A DNA stretch of 30,470 bases from a virus (lineage: Duplodnaviria; Caudoviricetes), in the IMG/VR virus record IMGVR_UViG_3300025396_000053, positions 1 to 30,470 of that record. The stretch is one strand, 5' to 3'. Every line of letters starts with the position of its first letter. Position 1 is the stretch's first letter. Under the pieces are notes generated by a model. The model worked only from the letters and a program-made list of their open reading frames with translations. It was not told the origin of the DNA and searched no databases. The position numbers and the translations under genes were made by a program. Below, in pieces: positions 1-8,600 of the stretch.

Positions 1-286
1 AACGATGTCCATACATAGCTTCTGCAATAGCTTGCTTTCCTTTAGCAACACAGTCTTGGGCTTTAGTAAGGCTAAAACGATTAGGAAATATCTGCACTAA
101 ACGAACAGCAGAATAGTTAAGGTTCTCTTCTAAATGTGTAAAATTACCGCTTTCATGTTTGCATTGACCAATAAAACTAGCCATTCTTGCAGGTGTATTA
201 ATTTCAAATTTAGTAAAAGTATCGTTTAGAGGTTGCAACCATTTTTCATCAATACCTAATTTAACTAACTGTTCACTTGTTATCAT
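1..286 (-). CDS. Glycoside hydrolase family 19 (chitinase-like) endolysin, N-terminal part, truncated by window edge
   Basis: Not in ORF track. Manual translation MITSEQLVKLGIDEKWLQPLNDTFTKFEINTPARMASFIGQCKHESGNFTHLEENLNYSA... has the GH19 FxxQxxHESG and ENLNYS motifs. AGGA SD at 294-297; follows holin-like genes. Confidence 0.88.
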   Translation of the reverse strand, partial: MITSEQLVKLGIDEKWLQPLNDTFTKFEINTPARMASFIGQCKHESGNFTHLEENLNYSAVRLVQIFPNRFSLTKAQDCVAKGKQAIAEAMYGHR

Positions 287-489
287 CATCACTTCCTATT
301 TTAATCCCAGTAATTAAACCAATAAACCCACCAACTACCGTTTTGAAAAGCTGGTCCAATAATTTCAAATACTTTTGCATCATCGACATTAGGGTCAATT
401 ACAGCAAAGCCAAACATAAGCAACATGGCAATAATAACGCAAACAAGCGACCATGAAGCAATTAACATTATGTGATCTTTAGTGTTCAT
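273..489 (-). CDS. Small membrane protein (holin-like, 2 TM), apparently frameshifted at 341-344
   Basis: Track ORF 301..489 has an N-terminal TM. Removing one A in CAAAAC gives QTVVGGFIGLITGIKIGSDDDNK* (second TM) ending at 273, overlapping the endolysin start. Confidence 0.6.
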
Positions 490-893
490 TTACTTGCTAC
501 TCCTTGCACCTTTTCAAATGTTCTTAAACCACCCATACCTAGCATGCCCATCATAAGCTGCCATAAATTATCGTCAAGTCCGGGTAATGGCGGAGCAGTA
601 ATACCAAAAGTAGGTAGTATGCCTATGGCTAGCGGTTTTAATAAATATTGGTAGAACAGTGCCAACGCGCATACCCACCCGATTGCTGGTCTCCAGCCCG
701 ATACAAATATTGATGCACTTTTAGCTTCCTCTTTGTTAATGTCAGTTTGTGCGGTCATAGTAGCCAAATCGCCTGACTGTTGTAACTTTAACAACTCTAA
801 CTTAGCGTTTGCGGCTTGCGCTGGGTCTGGAAAGATTCTAGTAATTAAAGTATTACCTAAATCTAATGCCGCTGAAATTGGGTCTAAAGCCAT
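486..893 (-). CDS. Holin, GTA 3TM holin-like family
   Basis: GWRPAIGWVC and C-terminal MLGMGGLRTFEK motifs typical of this family; hydrophobic segments; upstream of endolysin. Confidence 0.8.
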   Translation of the reverse strand: MALDPISAALDLGNTLITRIFPDPAQAANAKLELLKLQQSGDLATMTAQTDINKEEAKSASIFVSGWRPAIGWVCALALFYQYLLKPLAIGILPTFGITAPPLPGLDDNLWQLMMGMLGMGGLRTFEKVQGVASK

Positions 894-894
894 A

Positions 895-972
895 TTAATC
901 CTTTAACAATATAATTAACATCATACAAATCAAAGCAAACATTGTCCACCATTTAAACAATTCATCATCCAC
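895..972 (-). CDS. Putative 25-aa single-TM peptide
   Basis: GTG start with AAGGA SD 8 nt upstream; MDDELFKWWTMFALICMMLIILLKD; fills the gap to the holin. Confidence 0.4.
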   Translation of the reverse strand: MDDELFKWWTMFALICMMLIILLKD

Positions 973-1141
973 GCACAATGTCCTTTTTCGTTTTTACAAT
1001 AACCTTGTGTTCTTTGTCAAACTTTGGTTTTGGTAATTTTATTTTCTCTAGTTCTTTAATCTCAAAATGCAAATAAATTACATAAGACCAAATAACTAGT
1101 TCAACTAAAAATACCGCAAACCAATACTTAACCCAGCTCAT
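965..1141 (-). CDS. 58-aa N-terminal TM protein, lysis cassette
   Basis: MSWVKYWFAVFLVELVIWSYVIYLHFEIKELEKIKLPKPK...; ATGA overlap with upstream stop. Confidence 0.6.
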   Translation of the reverse strand: MSWVKYWFAVFLVELVIWSYVIYLHFEIKELEKIKLPKPKFDKEHKVIVKTKKDIVRG

Positions 1142-1590
1142 ACAAGATTAAAGTAATACAATAAACAAGTAATTATAAAAGCAGCAAACCAACAATAAAA
1201 CTGCACCCGTCTTACATCTTCTAGCTTATGTCCGTAATACTTCTTACTTTCTTGATGCTCTTTCTCAACTACTGCTTTTAATTCTAAAACTTTACTCCAT
1301 TCTTTAGCGCCATACTTTGCCTTAAATTCTCGTTCGGCTTGATTTTCTGCTTCTATAATTGCACTTTGATTCTGGTATTCTTGGATTGCCCGATATATCA
1401 TCGAGTTTTCCATTGCCTCTTCGTGTATCTTGTGCTTTTTTCTTGCTTCTAATTCTTGTAAAGCAACTTCGGTTCCATCACGCTGGATGTTTTCAATACT
1501 TTTAGTTAGTTTTTTCCCAGCCTCTCTACTTTGTTCAAGGCTATTAGCTAAAGAATTTGCACCTTCGGCAATAGGGTTTATGTCTGGCAT
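1138..1590 (-). CDS. Coiled-coil protein with C-terminal TM helix, unknown function
   Basis: 150-aa ORF, helical E/K/Q-rich body, C-terminal FYCWFAAFIITCLLYYF. Confidence 0.75.
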   Translation of the reverse strand: MPDINPIAEGANSLANSLEQSREAGKKLTKSIENIQRDGTEVALQELEARKKHKIHEEAMENSMIYRAIQEYQNQSAIIEAENQAEREFKAKYGAKEWSKVLELKAVVEKEHQESKKYYGHKLEDVRRVQFYCWFAAFIITCLLYYFNLV

Positions 1591-1599
1591 TCACTATTT

Positions 1600-2382
1600 T
1601 TACCAATATCCAGTTACATAAACATACCCATCACCGCCATTTGCATAAGCTGGCGGATTTAAATTACTAATATTACCTCCACTATTATCATGCGAATAAT
1701 GACCACCTATTCCAGCCGCACCATATCCACCGCCATCATAGCTTAAATTATTTCCTGTGCCACTTCCGGGTGAGCCCGGTGCAGTAGAACCACCACCTCC
1801 ACCGCCATATGATCCACCGCCATTACCTCCATTTGATCCGGGAGTTCCACCGCCACCACCGCCACCACCTCCAGCAACTACGCCAAAAGCACTAGATTGA
1901 CCGCCACCAGCTCCACCAAACCCATCAGCAAAAGGATTATCTTTATATCCATATCCATAATGTCCACCACCACCTCCACCGCCTACTTCAATAGTGTATG
2001 TATTGCCGGGTGTTAATCCTGAAATTGTTTGAGAAGCTATACCACCAGCAGCACCGTCAGCACCGTAACCACCCCAGTAATCACTATGCATACCACCGCC
2101 ACCGCCTCCCCCTACAACATAAACATTTAATATTCCGTTAGAGGTTGAAGGCAAAGTAAATGTTGTTGAAGAAGTAAATGTCTGAGTATTTAAAGTATTC
2201 TTTTTTGCGTTATAAAAATTACTTAAGCTAATTGCTCCGCTAGAAGGTACGTTAGGTGCATAGTCATTAGAAGTAACGTATGAGCCACCTTTGTAATATT
2301 CATTTAACCCAATTGGATTACTACCACCAAACTCAGTTTGGATTTGAACTAAAGTAATGGTTCCTGAAGCTGGTAAAGTCAT
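1600..2382 (-). CDS. Glycine-rich tail fibre/tail-tip protein
   Basis: N-terminal MTLPASGTITL..IQTEFGGSNPIGLNEYY typical of phage fibre-tip/adhesin N-termini; VVGGGGGGG Gly-rich repeats; GDGYVYV C-terminus. Confidence 0.72.
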   Translation of the reverse strand: MTLPASGTITLVQIQTEFGGSNPIGLNEYYKGGSYVTSNDYAPNVPSSGAISLSNFYNAKKNTLNTQTFTSSTTFTLPSTSNGILNVYVVGGGGGGGMHSDYWGGYGADGAAGGIASQTISGLTPGNTYTIEVGGGGGGGHYGYGYKDNPFADGFGGAGGGQSSAFGVVAGGGGGGGGGTPGSNGGNGGGSYGGGGGGSTAPGSPGSGTGNNLSYDGGGYGAAGIGGHYSHDNSGGNISNLNPPAYANGGDGYVYVTGYW

Positions 2383-3545
2383 TATGGTGTTCCGTATGCA
2401 GTAATATTACCTGTAACAATAAAATTGCCTGATGAATCTAATGAAGCCACATTGGTTCCGTTATAGCTAAAATAAAGTTTTGTTCCTGTTGGGGTTATAT
2501 TCCATCCGCCAGTATTTGCTATCTTTGTAGAAGAACCGCCTACCGATAAGTTTGCAACAGGAGTCGTAGATGTAACTGTAAATGGTGCTGTGCCTGTTGC
2601 TACTGTTGAAGTAAGTGTTGGGGCTGAAAAAGCCCCGTTTGTTAAAGTAGCGCCTGCTGCATTTATATTTAAAGTATTACTGGTATTTGTAATTGCAGTA
2701 AGTGAATAGTTTGAATATAAACCAATACCTGAAAGAGTAACAGTAGTAGACCCATACGGTGTATAGTTAGTTGTAACTGAAACACCTGCTGTTAAGGCTG
2801 ATAATAGATTACTACCCGTATAACCTGTTACTGTTTGTTGTCCACTTGCTATAGTTGTAAATGTACCTGCCGCAGCTGTTGACCCACCAATAGTTGTGCC
2901 ATTAATTGTCCCGCCTGTAATTGATACACTATTAGCGTTTTGGGCAGACATAGTTCCTAGCGCGCCTGTAGCTGTAGCCACGAATGCCGTTGTTGCAATT
3001 TTTGTAGAATTATCGCCTAATGTTGGCGTAACCGCTGTTGATGTTCCGTTTAATGACGCTGTTCCACTAACGCTTAGGTTTCCTACATCTGCTGTGTTTC
3101 CAGTAACATTTAAATTACCATTAACTAAAAAGTTACCAGCTGAACCTGTTTGTGCTGAATAAAATCCTGTTAATCCGTCACAATAGCATTGCGCTGTAAT
3201 TCCGGAAGGAATAGTTAAACTTATTGAACCCCCCGTTGCCGCCATAATAATGTTGTAGGCAGTATTGTTTGTGATGACGTAAAACTTCTGTACTAAAGGC
3301 GCTGTAACTGTAACAGTACCGCCGGGAGTTCCACCAAACACAAGAACCATATTTCTAGGGTTATCCGATACGCCGTTTAATGGTACTAAAGTATATGATG
3401 TCCCTGATAAAGAGATGCTTGCAACACCCGTAATCGCTTGTTCGAGAAGATTTAAGTTCGTATTAGTTGTTGCGCCCCAAGTACCAGACTGATCGCCTGT
3501 GCCAATATAGGCTAAGTTAAGTGAGGTTGAATAGGTAGTTGCCAT
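2382..3545 (-). CDS. Tail fibre-like virion protein
   Basis: T/S/G-rich; GDQSGTWGATTNTN N-terminus, GDNSTKIATTAFV fibre motif, LDSSGNFIVTGNITAYG C-terminus. Confidence 0.75.
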   Translation of the reverse strand: MATTYSTSLNLAYIGTGDQSGTWGATTNTNLNLLEQAITGVASISLSGTSYTLVPLNGVSDNPRNMVLVFGGTPGGTVTVTAPLVQKFYVITNNTAYNIIMAATGGSISLTIPSGITAQCYCDGLTGFYSAQTGSAGNFLVNGNLNVTGNTADVGNLSVSGTASLNGTSTAVTPTLGDNSTKIATTAFVATATGALGTMSAQNANSVSITGGTINGTTIGGSTAAAGTFTTIASGQQTVTGYTGSNLLSALTAGVSVTTNYTPYGSTTVTLSGIGLYSNYSLTAITNTSNTLNINAAGATLTNGAFSAPTLTSTVATGTAPFTVTSTTPVANLSVGGSSTKIANTGGWNITPTGTKLYFSYNGTNVASLDSSGNFIVTGNITAYGTP

Positions 3546-3548
3546 AAT

Positions 3549-5057
3549 TTATCCTTGAAAATCATCTATCAGTGTCCAAGTACTTCCTTGTGTATCATTA
3601 ATCTGCGTCCATCCTGAGTTTGTATCAGGCACTATTGGGTTAGGAACGTTACCTGTAAAACTTAAATATCCTGCAAACGGTACACCACCAAACGTACAAG
3701 TAGCAAATCCACCTATTTCAATAATTGTTTGATTTTTAAAGTTCCAATTAGCGTTCTCTGTATCGTTTATTAATGTCCATGCAGAATTTGTGTCTGGTAC
3801 GATTGGGCTTGGTACAATGCCTGAGAAATTTAAATACCCCGCAAATGGTGCACCAGCAAATGTACTTGTTGCAAATCCGCCAATCTCATTAATATTCTGA
3901 TACCTGAACCCCCAATTAGCCGTTTCACTATCGTCAATTCTAATCCATCCCCGTGGAAATTGCGAGTCTAAAATAGTAAATGCTTCAACAATACTATCAA
4001 GGAAATTAGACTGCTGGGTACTAGAATCGGCTACTGTTATTGCCTCAGCAATTATCTCTACAAACTGAGCGGTTATACTCTGTGAATTATTTAATGTAGT
4101 CGGCTCAACAATAGCCTCTACAAATCCAGCAATTATCGTATCAATCTCAGCGATTGTTGTTGCTTCAGTTAAGCTTTCTATAAAAGATGATGTCTGTGTA
4201 CTAAAGTCAGCAATACCAAAGTTTTCATTTAAACTTTCTAAGAACTGAGCGGTGATTGTTGGTGTATCTAGTACCGTTGTGTTTTCGGCTATGCTTAGTG
4301 GGAACTGAGCTGTTATTGTTTCAGTTTCAGTTATTGTGGCGTTTTCAGTAATTGAATCTAATAGGTTTGCCTGTACTATATAAGATGGGTTTTCTAAGAA
4401 TCCAACAGTATTAAAGCTACCTGCAAACGGACTTCCTGCCATCGCAAACGAAGCAATACTAGGTTGTTGAGGAACGCTATACGGTGTTTGACCCCATGCT
4501 TCTACAATCGTCGCACTAAACTGGGCGGATATAGACTCTAACTCTGCACTAGTAATTGGCTCAGTAACGGTGAACTGGAACTGGATACTTGCCGCTTCTG
4601 TATCTGCAAGAGTAATGTTTTCTGTCTGTGATTCTAAGAAAGATGAAGCCTGTGTACTAGAATCGGCTATGCCTGTGTTTTCTGTATCGCTTACGCTAAA
4701 CTGAGCATTGATACTTGGCGTATCTGCTAGGTTTATGTTTTCTGTATCACTAACGGCAAATTGTGCCGTAATTGTTTCCGTATCAGCACTTGTAATGTTT
4801 TCGGTTTGTGATTCTAGAAATGCGGAAGCCTGCGTACTTGAGTCGGCAGACGTTAGGGTTTCTACTATGCCTTCAAAGAAGTTATCTTGTTCACTCTGTA
4901 CATCAAATATCTGTGTTATTGTTTCAGTAACGCTTGCTACATATTGTGCGTTAAAGACCTGAGAATCGGCAACCCCAACATCTTCTGTTGTTGCTACTAC
5001 AAATGCCACCCCAATCGCAGCAAATGATACCTTAGCAAATGGGGTTATCCCAAACAT
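3549..5057 (-). CDS. Acidic repeat-rich virion/tail protein
   Basis: MFGITPFAKVSFA N-terminus; recurring TENITxADxxxxxAQF units; duplicated C-terminal GGFATxTFxGxPFAGYL block. Confidence 0.7.
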   Translation of the reverse strand: MFGITPFAKVSFAAIGVAFVVATTEDVGVADSQVFNAQYVASVTETITQIFDVQSEQDNFFEGIVETLTSADSSTQASAFLESQTENITSADTETITAQFAVSDTENINLADTPSINAQFSVSDTENTGIADSSTQASSFLESQTENITLADTEAASIQFQFTVTEPITSAELESISAQFSATIVEAWGQTPYSVPQQPSIASFAMAGSPFAGSFNTVGFLENPSYIVQANLLDSITENATITETETITAQFPLSIAENTTVLDTPTITAQFLESLNENFGIADFSTQTSSFIESLTEATTIAEIDTIIAGFVEAIVEPTTLNNSQSITAQFVEIIAEAITVADSSTQQSNFLDSIVEAFTILDSQFPRGWIRIDDSETANWGFRYQNINEIGGFATSTFAGAPFAGYLNFSGIVPSPIVPDTNSAWTLINDTENANWNFKNQTIIEIGGFATCTFGGVPFAGYLSFTGNVPNPIVPDTNSGWTQINDTQGSTWTLIDDFQG

Positions 5058-5058
5058 A

Positions 5059-5280
5059 TTAGTTTGTTACTTCAGGTTTTGCCTCTAAAGATTTTTTGAG
5101 CATTTCCATAAAAGCATTCTTACCTACACTTAACTGATCAAGGTTAAATTGCGCAGAACTAATTTTACGGTCTAAGTCGATGCAATGGTTAAATAGCATC
5201 TGTTGCTCTTTTGCTAAATCTTCGTAGACATATTCTACATCGTCAATCGTGATTTGAGTTTTTTTCGTGTTTTCACTCAT
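5059..5280 (-). CDS. Small protein after tail fibre (possible fibre assembly chaperone)
   Basis: 73 aa, ITIDDVEYVYEDL plus coiled coil; AGGAG SD. Confidence 0.75.
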   Translation of the reverse strand: MSENTKKTQITIDDVEYVYEDLAKEQQMLFNHCIDLDRKISSAQFNLDQLSVGKNAFMEMLKKSLEAKPEVTN

Positions 5281-5298
5281 TTCATTCTCCTATAAATT

Positions 5299-5327
5299 GC
5301 CATCAAAAAGGGCTGATGGCTTACCCT
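5299..5327 (-). promoter_or_regulatory. Predicted H-type RNA pseudoknot upstream of RBS of 5059..5280
   Basis: Minus strand AGGG-UAA-GCCAUCA-G-CCCU-UUU-UGAUGGC: 7-bp stem plus AGGG/CCCU cross-pairing. Confidence 0.5.
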
Positions 5328-5331
5328 AAAA

Positions 5332-5655
5332 TTAAGCTGACCAAGGAAGTGGTTGTGAACTTGGTGATACTGGTGGATTAATCATGCTGTTAATTTGACC
5401 ATCAATATTTGCATAATAATTTGCTTGATTATCAGTTGCAGCATTAATCCATCCCAAAACTTCAGCTTGAGTTAATTCATTGTAAGGTATGTAGTTTGGT
5501 TCGTTTTGCTCAGGTGTAAATTGAATGTTGCCACCAATTTCTGCTGTATGTGTGCCATCTGTACCACTAACGGAAAACAAAATATTTACAACATAACCTG
5601 TTGGGTTAGGTACTGTAAACATCTGATTGATTGTGGTTGTATAAGTTGTTGCCAT
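5332..5655 (-). CDS. Small tail fibre-associated protein
   Basis: 107 aa, IPYNELTQAEVLGW and terminal PLPW motifs typical of proteins following S74 fibres; AGGAG SD. Confidence 0.75.
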   Translation of the reverse strand: MATTYTTTINQMFTVPNPTGYVVNILFSVSGTDGTHTAEIGGNIQFTPEQNEPNYIPYNELTQAEVLGWINAATDNQANYYANIDGQINSMINPPVSPSSQPLPWSA

Positions 5656-5667
5656 TTAATTCTCCTA

Positions 5668-8600
5668 TTAGAAGCCAGCTACGCCAGCAGATTTAAGTTT
5701 TGCTTGTAAATCGGTAACTTGTGCTGATAATTCTTTTACTGCGTTAATTAAGTGCCAAGTAATATTGCTTGCATCAACTGACATAACACCAGTAGATTCT
5801 GTTTTTACGCAATCAGGTAATACTTGTGCAAGTTCTTGTGCAATAACACCAATTTGTGTTCCTGTAATATTAATTGCATCTAATTTATTTAATTCTGTAA
5901 TTTCTTCAGGTAAACGATATTCAAAGTTGCGTACTTGAATTTGTGTAATTTTATCTAACCCAACATTGTTATCTACAATATTTTTCTTTAATCTTTGGTC
6001 TGAAGTTACAGACCAAAGAGTTGAGTTATTACCTTGATAAACAGCACCGCCATTAGGACTAATAAATCCTGTGTTAGAACCTTTACCTGTTGTTCCTGAA
6101 GTTCCTGAAATTACTATTTCATTACTTACACTTCCACTAGATGCAGTTGTATTGATACCAATATATACATTGTTTGAACCAGTTGTAAGACTTGTTCCTG
6201 TGCCATATCCTAAACAAGTATTTGCAGGTCCAGTTGTAATCGGATAACCAGCTTGATAGCCTAAAGCTGTATTTGCAGAATTAACATCAGCAGTTCTATT
6301 AAGAGTATAAAGTGATTGATAACCTACTGCTGTGTTGTAAGATGCGGTGGTATTAGCTCCCAGTGCTTGATGTCCTACTGCTGTATTTGATGAACCTGTT
6401 GAGTTTGTATATAAAGCACTATTTCCTATTCCTACATTTGTACCACCTGTGGTATTGGAATATAAAGCACTTGCCCCAAAAGCAGATATTGTTCCTGTTG
6501 TATTATTGTAGCCAGCTTGATAACCTACTGCCGTTCCACTATTTGCTGTGGTGTTGTTTCTTAATGAGCCCCAACCTATAGCTACATTATACGTCCCTGT
6601 AGTATTTAATCGTAAACTAGAGTTACCAAAACCAGCATTATAACTTCCAGTTGTATTTGATAAAAGTGCAGAAACACCAAAAGCATCGTTTTCTGTACCT
6701 GTTGTATTTGTACTTAATGCTAAAGCACCTAATACAGTATTGTACTCACCTGTTGTTGCAAAACCAGCTTGATAACCAATAAATGTACTATATCCATTTG
6801 TGCCATTGTAAGCATAGCCAGCTTGGTAACCAACAGCGGTATTGTTAGATGCTGTTTGATTTGAAAATAAAGATTGATTACCAATTGCAGTATTGTATGA
6901 ACCTGTATTGTTTGCTGGGTTAGTATTACCGAGTAATGCTTGCCATCCTAAAGCTGTATTATTTGAACCAGTATAATAATAGTATCCAGTAGCTTGACCA
7001 ACATAAGTATTTTGTACGCCCGATGTATTGTTATAGCCTGAGTTTTGACCAAGAAATACGTTGTAGCTACCATTATTTGAAAACCCTGATGCTCCACCAA
7101 AGAAAGCATTTTGTGTAGCTGAACTATTATTATATCCTGCTTGATAGCCTATGGCTGTATTGTTTGATGCTGTTGTATTTGCTTGAAGTGCCTGTACACC
7201 AATTGCCACATTTGAAGTGCCTGACGCATTTCCTGAAGCACCATATAAAGCCGCATCACCAATAGCCACATTAGAACCACCTGTTACATAATAACCAGCG
7301 GCGTGTCCTAATCCTGTATTGCTGTTTGCTGTGGTAACAAATCCAAAAACAGCATCACCTACACCTGTGTTATTAGACCCTGTTGTATTTGAACCTAAAG
7401 TATCTCTACCAAATGCATTGTTATTATTACCTGTTGTATTAGAATATAACGAAACGCCAAATGCATTATTTCTTGTCCCTGTTGTATTTGACGCTAAAGC
7501 ATTCCAACCTACAGCAGTCATTCTATCGCCTGTAGTATTTGATTGCATCGCCTGATAACCAATTGCTGTGTTATATACACCTGTGGTATTTAATTTTAAT
7601 GAAGCCGCACCTAAAGCTGTTATTCCTGCTCCAGTATTTGAATAAGCAGCTTGATAACCATAAGCTGTTAATGCATCACCACTATTAGTTTGTCCATTTC
7701 CATAACCAGCTTGATAACCTACAACAGTAACTCCGCCATTACTATAGTTGTTATATCCAGCTTGATAGCCAATATAAACATCACCTTGCGAAACTGAGTT
7801 ATACCCAGCTTGATAGCCTAAAGCAGAGTTGTAATTTGATGAAGTATTGGAATAAAGTGCTTGGTCACCTACAGCAGTATTTTGAATACCTGAAGTATTT
7901 GAAAATAAAGACCTATAACCATAAGCATTATTACTATATCCAGTTGTGTTTGAATATAAAGATTGATAAGCAAAACTATTATTAAATGCATTTGAATAAT
8001 ATGCCGCTTGATATCCCACATGAGTTGAACCACCTAAACCTGTAGTTCCTGAATAACCAGCTTGATAACCTACTGCTGTGTTATATGAAGCAGAAGTATT
8101 ATTTCCTAAAGAACCACTACCTATTGCGGTATTGCTTGAACCTGTTGTGTTGGAATATAGTGGAGAAAAAGTACCACTATCTAATCCGCCAAAAGCAGTA
8201 TTGTAAGAACCTGTAGTATTTAAATATAACGTATAAGCACCAACACCTGCATTTGATGAACCTGTTGTATTTGCTCTTAATGCACCATATCCTAATCCTG
8301 TATTGTAAGAAGCTGTAGTATTTGATGTTAAAGCATATGCACCAACAGACGTGATAGCTGTGCCAGTAGTATTACTATATCCTGCCTGATAACCTACAGC
8401 TGTGTTATTAGAGGCTGTATTAGTAGTATAAAGTGATTGATATCCAACAGCTACGTTATTAGAGCCTGTTTGAATACCTGATAAAGAACCATAACCTATT
8501 GCAATATTATAAGAGCCTGTTGCAGAAGTTCCACCATTGGCATAGGCGTTTGAACCTAAAGCTACGTTCGCAGTTCCTGATGTATTGTAATAACCTGCTG

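Noticed and set aside
32-45. TTGCTTTCCTTTAG resembles sRNA 26032-46, so the endolysin mRNA could be a second target
   Set aside because: 14 nt with a gap, low complexity and mid-CDS; plausible by chance.
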